NCBI GenBank assembly: GCA_965214705.1
Contig: OZ243972.1
Span: forward strand, 736,001 to 800,000
From: Alphaproteobacteria bacterium
GTDB taxonomy: Bacteria; Pseudomonadota; Alphaproteobacteria; UBA828
Direction of reading: 5' to 3'
DNA length: 64,000 bases
Under the pieces are notes generated by a model. The model saw nothing but the letters and a program-made list of their open reading frames with translations. It made no database searches and was not told the DNA's origin. Position numbers and translations under genes: made by a program. Numbering within the stretch: the first letter of the stretch is position 1; each line of letters opens with the position of its first letter. Below, one piece after another: positions 41,075-51,702 of this stretch.

Positions 41075-42490
41075 ATGTCCGACACCTATCTCGCGGTGAT
41101 CCCCTACGAATCCCTCGATCCGTTGACCATAGGCTCGGCCGACGATCCGGCCATGGTCTATCGGGAGACCCTGACCCTCGACATTCCAGAGGCGAACCTG
41201 CTGGCGGCGCTCTACCCGGACGAACCCGCGCCCGTCGCGAACCCCACCGAGGCCTGCGCCGCCGCGCTGGAAGCGCCGCACTCTGGGCCTCGGTTCTCGG
41301 AGATGATCGGGCCGGACAAGAGCCTCGCCATCATCATCGACAACCAGTTTCGCCCGACGCCCACGTCAAAGCTGCTGCCGGCGGTGCTCGATGCCATCGA
41401 GACCCACGGCGTAAAGGACGCGCGCGTGGTCTGCGCCAACGGCAAGGTCTTCCCCATGTCGGAGCGCGACACCGAGCTCAAGCTCGGGCGGGAGAACCTC
41501 GCGCGCATGGAGCGGCTCGGCATTCCCTTCTTCCAGAACGAGCCGCGCGATCCTGAGCAATACGTCTTCATCGGCATGACCACGGGTGGCACGCCGGTCT
41601 GGCTGCACAAGGAGGTCGCGAAGTCCGACGTGACGCTCTCCATGGGCCAGGCGCAGTCCAACCACTGGGGCGCCGGCGGGGGCGGCAAGCTGATCCTGCC
41701 GGGCGTGGTCTCGGACGAGACCATCGAATCGAACCACTGCGCCTTCGTGATGTCGCCGAAGACCCATTACGGCGCCTTGGCCGGGCCGATGCGGACCGAT
41801 ATCGACGAGGCCGCCACCATGTGCGGGCTCTCGGCGACGCTCAACAGCGTGCTGGATACGCGGGGGCGGCTCTGCTTCATCAACTTCGGCGCGCACCCGG
41901 ACGCGCACCGCGAGGCGATCCGCTACTTCAATGGCATCTACGCCTATGACCGCCCCGCCGGTGGGCCGGCCGACATCGCCATCTGCGGCGTCTTCGCGCC
42001 GACCGATCATCTGTTCTTCCACACCGGCTGGGGCTGCATGTCCTCCGACCTGCTGGTGAAGGACGGCGGCACGCTGATCTATTGCAGCCCGTCCCCCGGC
42101 GTGAGCACGCATCTCGGCGACTTCCCCGGCCTCGCGCTCATGGACCTGATGAAGCCCTACATGCCGCCCTCGCCGGCGAACCTGGAACGCGTCTACCGCG
42201 ACATCCACAGCCGCACCATCGAGATGTGGGCGGGCTGCATCTGGGTGCCGATCTATGAGGTCATGGTGCGCAAGCACCTCCATGTGGTGACGCTGGAGGA
42301 GAACCTGGAGATGGCCGCCGATATCGGGATCGAGGCCGGCACGTCGCTGGAGAATGCCTTCGCCGCCGCGATGGCGCGTCACGGCTCGGCCGCCAAGGTC
42401 GCGGTGCTGCCCTTCGCGCGCTACCAGCTGCCGCGCGACGCGATCCGCATGCCGGCTGAGGTCGAGCCCATGGCGCAGGCGGCGGAGTAG
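41075..42490 (+). CDS. lactate racemase (LarA/DUF2088) domain protein
   Basis: IIIDNQFRPTP, HWGAGGGGKLILPG, ESNH. Confidence 0.75.
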   Translation: MSDTYLAVIPYESLDPLTIGSADDPAMVYRETLTLDIPEANLLAALYPDEPAPVANPTEACAAALEAPHSGPRFSEMIGPDKSLAIIIDNQFRPTPTSKLLPAVLDAIETHGVKDARVVCANGKVFPMSERDTELKLGRENLARMERLGIPFFQNEPRDPEQYVFIGMTTGGTPVWLHKEVAKSDVTLSMGQAQSNHWGAGGGGKLILPGVVSDETIESNHCAFVMSPKTHYGALAGPMRTDIDEAATMCGLSATLNSVLDTRGRLCFINFGAHPDAHREAIRYFNGIYAYDRPAGGPADIAICGVFAPTDHLFFHTGWGCMSSDLLVKDGGTLIYCSPSPGVSTHLGDFPGLALMDLMKPYMPPSPANLERVYRDIHSRTIEMWAGCIWVPIYEVMVRKHLHVVTLEENLEMAADIGIEAGTSLENAFAAAMARHGSAAKVAVLPFARYQLPRDAIRMPAEVEPMAQAAE

Positions 42491-42501
42491 GGCCCGTTTC
42501 C

Positions 42502-42816
42502 ATGTCGTCCCCCGGCGCTTCGGCCGCGCCGATCACGGGATCGACCACCGTGGTCGAGTTGCTAGAGCGCTATCCCGGTGGCGAGGCGGCCGAGTTGATG
42601 GCAAGGCTCGCCTGGCCCTGCGCCCATTGCTCGGGCGCGCTGCACGAGCCCATCAGCATGGCCGCCAAGCGCCATGCGAACCGCGCTGGCCCCGTGGTTC
42701 GCGCCTTCCAGGCGCTCGCGCACGGCGGCCCGAGCGAGGCCGAGATCGCCGAGGCCGCGGCCAAGCACGAGAAGCGCGCCGACCCGGCGGCGCTCTGGGC
42801 CCGCTACACGCGTTAG
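42502..42816 (+). CDS. small CxxC protein, DUF1858-like
   Basis: TTVVELLERYP...CAHCSGALHEPISMAAKRH. Confidence 0.6.
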   Translation: MSSPGASAAPITGSTTVVELLERYPGGEAAELMARLAWPCAHCSGALHEPISMAAKRHANRAGPVVRAFQALAHGGPSEAEIAEAAAKHEKRADPAALWARYTR

Positions 42817-42845
42817 ACCGCGCCCGGCTGCGCGGCCGCGTGGCG

Positions 42846-42905
42846 CAGGTTATGACCTTGGTTCGAAAGCAAAATTAACCTCTCGTGACAATCTGTCATA
42901 ACCTG
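42846..42905. repeat. 60-bp miniature inverted-repeat element
   Basis: 11-bp IR CAGGTTATGAC / GTCATAACCTG, flanked by GCG on both sides. Confidence 0.45.
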
Positions 42906-43047
42906 GCGGATCGCGCACGATATCAAAGGACGTGCGCGACAACCTTTGAGTTATTATCACACTAACGCGCGACTTATCGTTTACACTCGATACGCTTTAT
43001 TATAAGTTCTATACTCTCGATTTAATTTTGTGAGAGGCACGCGTTCT

Positions 43048-43758
43048 ATGGCGCGGTGTAACGTATGCGGTCGCTCGAGGTTCAAGGCGGGTCCTGGAGG
43101 ACGGATGGGCCGAGGCGGCAAGCGACCCGCCTGCGCATCCTGTGGGTCCTTGGAGCGGCATCGCACGGTTCGCGCCGTCTGGCAGCCGCTGGTCGGGACA
43201 GAGCTACGCCGCCTCAAAGCGATTCAGTTCAGTCTCGATCCGTCCGTAAACAAGGACTGGTTCGATTACTTGGAAGTCTCGATCTATGAAAGGAGAAACT
43301 CTCTTGACTTGGAGGACATATACCGCTTGTCCGGAAGTTATGACATTGTCATATGCAATCATGTTCTGGAGCATATCGAAGACGATCGTCGCGCGTTTCG
43401 GGAAATTATGCGCGTTCTAACGCCCTCGGGACTCTTCCAATTCACGGTGCCGCTTCCTTGTACACGCGCCGTCACGGAGGAGTGGGGTTATCCGGACCGT
43501 CCCCACGGGCACTACCGGTTGTATGGGAGAGACGTGATCGATCGTTTCGCCGAGGCCAGGCCGGGAACGCGGTTCCTGTGCGTTCCATGCGGCGATCCCG
43601 TTACCGGAGAACCCGATTTCGTGTACTTCGCATTTCCCAAAGAGCGCCGGCTGAGCGGAATTCACCGGGTGCTCGGTCAGGCGTTCCCGTCGCTGACGGT
43701 GGACGGGCACGGTGGGTCGAGTGCTTCGGCCAGGGTCCGTCACGCCGCAGATCGCTGA
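43048..43758 (+). CDS. SAM-dependent methyltransferase (type 11-like) with N-terminal Cys motifs
   Basis: CNVC..CASCGSLERHR, YDIVICNHVLEHIEDD, HYRLYG. Confidence 0.75.
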   Translation: MARCNVCGRSRFKAGPGGRMGRGGKRPACASCGSLERHRTVRAVWQPLVGTELRRLKAIQFSLDPSVNKDWFDYLEVSIYERRNSLDLEDIYRLSGSYDIVICNHVLEHIEDDRRAFREIMRVLTPSGLFQFTVPLPCTRAVTEEWGYPDRPHGHYRLYGRDVIDRFAEARPGTRFLCVPCGDPVTGEPDFVYFAFPKERRLSGIHRVLGQAFPSLTVDGHGGSSASARVRHAADR

Positions 43759-44608
43759 ACGCTTGCAGTGTAGGCCCGCGGGGCGGATCGCCGCGGTGCA
43801 GCGGGATCGTATCGAAGCGCGGTCTCAGGCGACTTTGGCCTTGCTCGATCTCGCCGAAGGCGCGCGAGCGTATCATCTCTGGTACCTGCTCGCCTGGCAG
43901 GACATCCGTCGGCTCTACCGGCGATCGGTCCTGGGGCCCTTCTGGCTCAGCCTCAGCATGGGCGCGCTGGTGGGCGCGCTGGGAAGCCTCTACGGCATGC
44001 TGTTCGAGGTGGAGAGCGCGGACTACGTGCCCTTCCTTGCGCTCGGCTTCATCGTCTGGACGCTGATCTCCGGCGTCATCACCGACGGCTGCAAGGCCTT
44101 CATCACGGCGGAAAGCATCATCAAGCACGTGGGCTTGCCGCTCTCGATCCACGTGTATCGGCTGCTTTGGCGCCACCTCATCATCCTCTTTCACAATGCC
44201 GCGGTGTTCGTCGTTGTGGCCGCGGTCTTTGCCGTCTGGCCGGGCTGGACGGGCCTTCTCGCCCTGCCCGGCCTCCTGCTGCTCTGCTTGAACGGCATCT
44301 GGGCGGGCCTGCTGCTGGGCATCGTCTCGGCCCGATTCCGAGACGTGCCGCCGATCGTGACGAGCGTTGTGCGGATCTGCTTCTTCGTGACCCCGATCAT
44401 CTGGATGCCGGAGCTCTTGCCGGCGCGCACCCTGGTGCTGGACGCCAACCCCTTCTTCCACCTGGTGGAGGTGGTGCGGGCGCCGCTGCTGGGTCAGATG
44501 CCGGGGCTGGCTTCCTGGATCGCGGTGCTGGTCATGACGGCCGCAGGCTGGCTCGTGACCTTCGCGTTCTTCCGCCGTTATCGGCGGCGGATCGCCTACT
44601 GGGTCTGA
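43712..44608 (+). CDS. wzm: polysaccharide ABC transporter permease (start uncertain)
   Basis: DIRRLYRRSVLGPFW, ARFRDV, FFVTPIIW, NPFFH. Confidence 0.9.
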   Translation: MGRVLRPGSVTPQIAERLQCRPAGRIAAVQRDRIEARSQATLALLDLAEGARAYHLWYLLAWQDIRRLYRRSVLGPFWLSLSMGALVGALGSLYGMLFEVESADYVPFLALGFIVWTLISGVITDGCKAFITAESIIKHVGLPLSIHVYRLLWRHLIILFHNAAVFVVVAAVFAVWPGWTGLLALPGLLLLCLNGIWAGLLLGIVSARFRDVPPIVTSVVRICFFVTPIIWMPELLPARTLVLDANPFFHLVEVVRAPLLGQMPGLASWIAVLVMTAAGWLVTFAFFRRYRRRIAYWV

Positions 44609-44613
44609 GCGCC

Positions 44614-45360
44614 GTGGTCAGCCTCCGAATCGAAGCGGTCACAGTCGACTTTCCCGTCTACAGCGCCGGCGCGCGATCTCTGAAGAAACGCTTGCTCCAT
44701 CGCGGCACCGGCGGGCGCATCGTGCATGGTGCCGCCAATCGGATGCGAGTGCGCGCTCTTGAGGATGTGAGTCTCGCCATGAAACGAGGCGATCGGATCG
44801 GTCTTGTCGGCTCCAACGGCGCGGGCAAGACGACGCTGCTGCGCGTGCTCGCCGGCGCATACGAGCCCACGCAGGGTCGCATCGAGCGACGCGGACGGAC
44901 TGCATCGCTGCTCAACGTCTCCCTCGGTATCGATTCCGAAGCGACAGGCTACGAGAACATCATGACCCGAGGGCTCCTCCTGGGCCTTCGGCCGGATCAA
45001 GTCCGCGTGCGCGTGGATGAGATCGCGGCATTTACCGAGCTCGGTGATTACCTGGCGCTGCCGGTGCACACCTATTCGGCGGGCATGCGGCTGCGGCTCG
45101 CCTTTGCGGTGTGCACCAGTTTCGATCCCGAAATCCTGCTCATGGACGAGTGGTTGGGCATCGGCGATCGGACGTTCGTTGAAAAGGCGAAACACCGGCT
45201 CGAACAGTTCGTGGAACGTGCGGGCATATTGGTGCTCGCCTCGCAGAATACCTCCCTGCTCCAGCGGATTTGTTCCAGAGGCGTTTTGCTCGACGAGGGA
45301 AGGGTCACGTGTTTCGGATCGATCGATGAAGTGCTACGCATGTATCGGGAGATCGCCTGA
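44614..45360 (+). CDS. wzt: polysaccharide ABC transporter ATP-binding protein
   Basis: GSNGAGKTT, YSAGMRLRL, LLMDE; no C-terminal extension. Confidence 0.92.
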   Translation: MVSLRIEAVTVDFPVYSAGARSLKKRLLHRGTGGRIVHGAANRMRVRALEDVSLAMKRGDRIGLVGSNGAGKTTLLRVLAGAYEPTQGRIERRGRTASLLNVSLGIDSEATGYENIMTRGLLLGLRPDQVRVRVDEIAAFTELGDYLALPVHTYSAGMRLRLAFAVCTSFDPEILLMDEWLGIGDRTFVEKAKHRLEQFVERAGILVLASQNTSLLQRICSRGVLLDEGRVTCFGSIDEVLRMYREIA

Positions 45361-45425
45361 TTGTAATGTTCTGAATTGCCGCGACTAATCGGACATATGA
45401 TGCAAGTTTCCCAACTTAATATCTA

Positions 45426-45453
45426 TTGACGATGCACTCCTATATCGTACACT
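45426..45453 (+). promoter_or_regulatory. sigma70-like promoter
   Basis: TTGACG-16-TACACT in the AT-rich spacer before the glycosyltransferase. Confidence 0.45.
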
Positions 45454-46055
45454 GTCCGCGCTATATAACGTTTCTTCAGTCCTCGGAATAACATACCGTG
45501 AGTCCCCCCAGAAACGTTGAACACACCCTGGATGAGACTGGCTCCTGGTCCGCACTTCTTGCATTCGAAGCGCATCGATCCAGAGTCGGCGCCATTAGCG
45601 CTGCGCGGCCACGAGGGCGGAACGAGGGACAGGTGACGTGCGATGGCCATGAGGAGACGATCCATGCCCTTCGAGCGACAATCGAGTCTCACGAAGCCAC
45701 CATCGAGGCTCGAGAGGCGACCATAAGAGCCCGTGATGCCACCATTCACGACCTTCTAAGTTCCACCAGTTGGAAAGCCACCGCTCCACTTCGCTCCGTG
45801 TCCCGAACCTTCAGATGGTATCGGCGCGCACTCCGCAGAGCCCCCAGACACCTGTATCGGCAGGGCAAGGAGCAATTCTCACGCGTCACAAGTTCCATGC
45901 GTTGTAACTACCCAGGTACCCCGCCGCCAGATCTGAGTGCGTGCTGATGTTGGTCGCCGCCGGTGCCGTTTGTCCGTCGGCGCGTCGATGATCTGCCCTT
46001 GACTGTATAGGCACGCTCGCCTATGGGTTGCTCTCTCGCATGAGAGGAGCAGCCG

Positions 46056-46725
46056 GTGGGGTATTTCGGATCGAAGGCGACGACCGGTCTGAGCCAGGCG
46101 CTGATTGCGCTGATGCCCCCGCACTCTGTCTATATCGAGAGCCACTTGGGGGGGCGGGGCGCTGATGAAGCGCAAGCCTGCGGCCGTGCGCTCGATCGGG
46201 ATTGACCGCGACGAGCGGGCGCTTGAGTCCTTCGACTGTGGCTACCCGGTGGAGTTGGTGCACGGCTGCGCCCACTCCTTCCTGGCCTCGTTCCCGTTCC
46301 TGGGCCCGGAGCTGGTCTACAGCGATCCGCCCTATCTGCACGCGACCCGGCGTTCGTCGCAGCGCTACCGCTTCGAGTACGAGGAGGCCGACCACGTCGC
46401 GCTCCTCGAACTGCTCAAGGGTCTGCCCTGCCAGGTGATGGTCTCGGGCCACCCGTCTGCGCTCTATGACGAGTTGCTGGCGGGCTGGCGCCGGCTGGCG
46501 CTGCAGGTGACGACCCAGGCCCAGGTGCGGACCGAGGCGGTGTGGTTCAACTTCGCGCCCGACCGGGTGCACTGGGCGAGCTACGCGGGCCGCAACTTCA
46601 CCGACCGCCAGCGCATCAAGCGCAAGGCGGCCAACTGGGGCCGGCGCTACGAGGCCATGCCGGCGGGCGAACGCCTGGCGGTGCTGGCCGCGATCATGGC
46701 CGTCGAGGCTGACGAGGGTTTGTGA
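46056..46725 (+). pseudogene. Dam-like methyltransferase, frameshifted in a G run
   Basis: G7 at 46148-46154 versus G6 in copy 1. Confidence 0.8.
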
Positions 46726-48263
46726 CAGTGTCGCGCTGGCACGCGGACCTCGCCGCTCACGACGAGGCTTTCGCGTGCCTGCAGGACCTTTTCACCCCAC
46801 AATCCTTCGCGATGACCGCCGTCAAAGCCATCCGGGAATGGGGCCAGGGGCTGCTTCGCCTGAGCGCGGCGCTGGTCAAGGAGAACGACGCGCTGGAGCG
46901 GGAGAACGCCCGCTTGCGCGAGCGGATCGCCGAACTTGAGCGCAGCGCCGCGCTCGACAGCACCACCAGCTCCAGGCCGCCGGCCAGCGACGGCCTGAAG
47001 AAGAAGAGCGCAGACCAGGAGAAGCGCACCCGGAGCCGGCGCGGCAAATCCGACAGGCCCAGCGGCGGTCAGCCGGGCCACAAGGGAACCACCCTGGAGC
47101 GGACCGAGAACCCGGACCACGTCGTGGATCATGATCCGTCCGCCTGTGAGGGCTGCGGCGCGCCGCTGTCGGACGCCGACCGTCACGGAGCCCCCGTCTG
47201 CCGGCAGGTCTTCGATGTGCCCGAGCCGCAGCCCCTCGAGGCCACCGAGCATCGCGGCCATCGCTGCCTCTGCGCCGCCTGCGGCACCATGACAACAGCC
47301 GCCTTCCCGAACGGCGTGAGCGCCCCGGTCCAGTACGGGCCGCGCATCACCGCGTGGGTGACCTACCTGCTGCACGCTCAGTTCATTCCGGAGAAGCGCG
47401 TCGCCGAGGTCATGAGCGATCTCTTCGCGGTCAAGATCTCAACGGCCACCATCGCCGCCATGGGCAGGCGCACCGCCCGGCGCTTCGAGGGCTTCCTCGA
47501 TCGTGTCGCAGAGATCATCCGCACCGAAGCCCCGGTCAAACACCTCGACGAGACCGGCATCCGCATCGCCGCCCGGACCCATTGGCTCCACGTGCTGTGC
47601 ACCCCGTTGCTGACCATCCTGCGCGTCGCCAGCGGGCGCGGCCATTTCGACGAGAAGCTCAACGGCATCGTCATCCATGACGACTATGCCACCTACTTCG
47701 CTCTCGAGGGCGTGCGCCACGGGGCCTGCAACGCCCATCACCTGCGTGAGCTCCAGGCCCTGATCGAGATCGAGAAGGAAGACTGGGCAACGAGCATGCA
47801 CCAGCTGCTCTCCCGTGCCAACAGAGCCGCCCGCTTCGCCCGCAAGAATGATCGCGACGTGCCCGCATCGCTGGTCGCCCGCATCTCGCGAGCCTGGGAC
47901 CGCATCCTCGAACGTGCCATCGCCGCTCACGAAGAGATGCCGCCGCTCCAGACCGGAAAGCGCGGACGACAAAAGCGCCGCATCGGTCACAACCTCGCGC
48001 TCCGGCTCCAGAAGTACAAGGAGGGCTGCCTGCGCTTCCTCACCGACCCGCGAACCCCGTTCTCGAACAATGAGGCGGAGCGCGATCTGCGAATGGGCAA
48101 GCTGCGTCAGAAAATCTCAGGCGGCTTCCGCTCGATGCAAGGTGCCTGCGACTTCGCCAACCTGCGGTCCGTCATCGCCACCGCTCGAAAACAGCGCTGG
48201 AATGTCCTCGAAACCCTGGCGCACCCCGATCCCATGCAGCTAATCCCGGTACTGCGCTTCTGA
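46722..48263 (+). CDS. tnpC: IS66 family transposase
   Basis: 513 aa, near-identical to 702..2243. Confidence 0.95.
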   Translation: MTVSRWHADLAAHDEAFACLQDLFTPQSFAMTAVKAIREWGQGLLRLSAALVKENDALERENARLRERIAELERSAALDSTTSSRPPASDGLKKKSADQEKRTRSRRGKSDRPSGGQPGHKGTTLERTENPDHVVDHDPSACEGCGAPLSDADRHGAPVCRQVFDVPEPQPLEATEHRGHRCLCAACGTMTTAAFPNGVSAPVQYGPRITAWVTYLLHAQFIPEKRVAEVMSDLFAVKISTATIAAMGRRTARRFEGFLDRVAEIIRTEAPVKHLDETGIRIAARTHWLHVLCTPLLTILRVASGRGHFDEKLNGIVIHDDYATYFALEGVRHGACNAHHLRELQALIEIEKEDWATSMHQLLSRANRAARFARKNDRDVPASLVARISRAWDRILERAIAAHEEMPPLQTGKRGRQKRRIGHNLALRLQKYKEGCLRFLTDPRTPFSNNEAERDLRMGKLRQKISGGFRSMQGACDFANLRSVIATARKQRWNVLETLAHPDPMQLIPVLRF

Positions 48264-51090
48264 AATCCCCCGCCGCTCCGCTCCACGTCAGCGGCACCAG
48301 GCCAGAGGCATCAGTCCATCACGCGTGAGTGCTCGGCGGAATCAGACCTGGGCAGTTACCATGCGTTTTGCTCTTGCAGAATCACCCGCAGGAGTTCACT
48401 CGAAGCGAAGCGCCTGGCCGATTGAAATCTCGAACTCTGTTTCGGAGATTATTCGCGAAAGCAGAATACAACATGTCGAAGGAACATCCCGAAATACTCA
48501 ACGACGACCTGACAGGAAAGCCCTCAAGATAACGGTCATTGCGTGGGACTTGGCACACAATCCCTTGGGACGCGCGTACCTGCTAGCGGATGCGTTGCGA
48601 CACGAATACGACGTCGAGCTTATTGGGGCGACCTTCCCCGACTTCGGCAACGACATTTGGAAGCCGCTACGCGATTGTAAGCGCGTCAAGATCAAGCACG
48701 TACCGGGCGCCTATTTCCCAGAATATTTCAGGACCATGAAAGCGATGGTCGAACACGTTGAGGGAGACGTCCTTTACGTGTCCAAGCCGAGGTTTCCGAG
48801 TTTGGGGTTGGCTGTTCTTGCCAAGATGAAAAGAAACAGACCAGTCATTCTCGACATAGATGACCATGAGCTCAGCTTCTTCGGTGCTCGAGAGCCCCTA
48901 AGTCTAGAGGAGTTGAGAGCCGAGCGAGGCATTCTGGATGTCGACGTGCCTTTTGGCGAGGCCTGGACCCGCCACTGTGAAACGCTGATTCCGCTCGTTG
49001 ACCAAATCACCGTGTCGAATGAGACGCTCAAGGGAAGGTACGGAGGCATCGTTCTGCCCCATGTCCGTGACGAGTCGGAATTCGACCCGACCATATATCC
49101 TCGCGAGGAGATTCGGCGTGAGCTCGGCTTCGTACCGGAAGACAGAGTCATTCTGTTTGCGGGAACCCCACGCAAGCACAAGGGGCTCTCGCGGCTTATC
49201 GCCGCGCTGAGAGAGCTGGATCGACCGACGTACAAGCTCCTGGTTGTCGGTTCGCCGGCTGATGGTACCGTGACCAGACTGCTGCGGCGCGTCGACCCGA
49301 GCCGCGCAACGCTGGTTCCGGACGTACCGTACTCGGATCTACCCGGCTATCTTTGCGCCGCCGACCTCGTTCCTCTGCTTCAAGACGAGGCTGAACCTAC
49401 GTCGGCATTTCAAATGCCCGCCAAATTTACCGATGCACTCGCCATGGGCATCCCCATCGTCGCGAGCAATGTCCCGCCCTTGGTCGATGCCGCGAACGAC
49501 GGCCTTGTGGAATTGCTGGGAAACGCAACGCCGGCGCAAAAGATCAACGAAATCTTCTCCAACTACGCAATTCATAAGAAGCGAGCCACTGAAAACCGTG
49601 AGAATTTTCTCGGCAAATTCAGCTACGCAAGCAATTTGCCTAAAATAAAGCAAGTGGTGGAACGGCATGCCGACCACCCTAAGCCCGTCCCGCATGCCTT
49701 CCACGATCTCGTCGAGTATCAGGAGAGTATCTATTCCCAGACGGGAAAGCTGCGCATAACCGCTCCCAAGGTCATCATACCAAGCAAAGTCATAACAGCT
49801 CCATCCGTTGCTACCGCAGCATTGGCGCAGCGCAAGACTGAGAGGGCGCGGCTGCGCGCGCAGCGATCGTACGTCGACGACAAATTGGATGTGGTCTTTT
49901 TTTGGAAGCAAAACGACAGCGGGATTTACGGCAGGCGTCAGGACATGTTCGTCAAGTACCTGGCGCGCGATCCAAGGGTCAACCGCATCTTCCACTTCGA
50001 CGCTCCGATGAATTTCTTTCGCTCTGTGGGCCTGGCGGCCAGAGCGGATTCCATGGGGCGGTGCAGCCATTCGCGACTGGTTGGACGCCAGACGCTGAAC
50101 AGGAGGCTCGGACTCGCCAACAGGGGTAAGGTCAGATTCGACACCTTCATCCACGTCTCAAACCGTCGCGGCCCGAGGGTGCTCAAGCATATTCTTCCGG
50201 GGAAAGACGACTATCTCGAATTCCTAAGCCGCGTCATCAGACGTCATGAGATCGGGCAGCGGAGGACCGTTCTCTGGGCGTGCCCCGTCAACTTTCATTT
50301 CTTGAACATAGAGGATCATTTGCAGGCAGACCTCGTGGTCGCCGATGTCATCGACGACGAGCGAAAATGGCCGGTGAGTGAGGCATATAGAGATAAGCTG
50401 AGTCGCAATTATGAAGAGGTATTGGGGATTAGCGATCTCGTCATAACAAACTGTGAGAGTGTTTCCCAGAGCATGAGCGCCCTATCCGACAGCATCCATC
50501 TGCTGCCGAATGCCGTGGAACCCCTGGAAGAGGAGGCGAGGCACTGGCCTAAGCCGCGCGACCTCAAGCGTCTCTCGGGGCCGGTGATCGGATACGTCGG
50601 CAACTTGGATATCGCGCGCATAGACCTGGATCTGTTGAGGAGCGTGGTGAGTAAACGCCCTGGCTGGAATTTCGTCTTTATCGGCTCCATGCATAAGGGT
50701 GATGAGATCAGAGAGTTGGAAATATACGGCAATGTTCATTTCTTGGGAGTTCGAGTCTACGAGCAAGCGCTGCGCTATATCCGGCATTTCGATGTGGCCA
50801 TTATACCGCATTTAGATAACGAACTGACGAGAAGCATGAATCCCCTTAAGTTGTACGTTTATTTTTCTCTGCTGGTGCCTGTTGTGTCGACAGAGATACA
50901 GAATATCGGGGATTTCAGCGAGTTCGTTCGCCGCAAGAGTTCGTGCGCACAATCGACGAATGTCTCTGCAACGATCCACTAGAAAATGAACTGCCGCGTC
51001 TTCGAGAGTTACTAAAGGAGAATTCATGGCCTGAGCGCGTGAAGTACGTGCTTGAGTTGATCGAGCGGAAATTCGCAGTGTGCTAGCAGC

Positions 51091-51660
51091 TTGGAGTGCA
51101 TAGCAGTGAATTTCGCCAATGTATCGCTGTCTGAAGTAAAGATCATGAACCTAAAGAAGAACGAAGACAGTCGAGGTTTTCTGTCGGAGGTATACACCAG
51201 AAGAGCGTTTGAAGCAGAGGGGGACGAAATCGACTTCGTGCAAGACAACCACTCGTTTTCCGCCAAGAAGGGAACGGTGCGAGGATTGCACTTTCAGACG
51301 CCACCGGTTGCTCAGCATAAGCTAGTCCGTGTTGTGCGGGGATCGGTGTTCGATGTCGTGGTTGATTTGCGACGGTCGGCATTCAGCTATAGCCGGCATG
51401 TGAGTGTCGTTCTTTCGGCTGCAGCATGGAACCAAGTTCTCGTTCCCATCGGCTTTGCCCACGGGTTCATGACGTTGGAAGAGGATACCGAGGTTATCTA
51501 CAAGGTAAGCGATTACTATTCGCCGGACCACGACAAGGGCCTTCTGTGGAACGATCCGGCCCTGGGTATTCAATGGCCAGTTCCCGCGAAGGAGGCCCTA
51601 CTCTCCGAAAGGGATCGGGCACACCCAAGACTGGCGGAACTCGAGAGTCCGTTCGCATAG
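51091..51660 (+). CDS. rfbC: dTDP-4-dehydrorhamnose 3,5-epimerase
   Basis: DSRGF, VQDNHS, RGLHFQ, GFAHGF. Confidence 0.95.
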   Translation: MECIAVNFANVSLSEVKIMNLKKNEDSRGFLSEVYTRRAFEAEGDEIDFVQDNHSFSAKKGTVRGLHFQTPPVAQHKLVRVVRGSVFDVVVDLRRSAFSYSRHVSVVLSAAAWNQVLVPIGFAHGFMTLEEDTEVIYKVSDYYSPDHDKGLLWNDPALGIQWPVPAKEALLSERDRAHPRLAELESPFA

Positions 51661-51702
51661 CGCGAACGGCCGCTGCCAGACTTCTGCGGAATTGGAGGAG
51701 GC

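Larger units (their letters stand above)
45904..48359 (+). mobile_element. IS66-family element (copy 2) carrying a methyltransferase
   Basis: Same IRs as copy 1; 8-bp duplication CATGCGTT at 45896-45903 and 48360-48367; 2456 bp. Confidence 0.95.
45498..51086 (+). pseudogene. large two-domain GT-B glycosyltransferase with N-terminal coiled coil; split by IS66 and frameshifted near the 3' end
   Basis: ..TSSMR|FALAES.. rejoins in frame without the IS; PAKFTDALAMG and NPLKLYVY motifs; frame change at ~50925. Confidence 0.85.
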
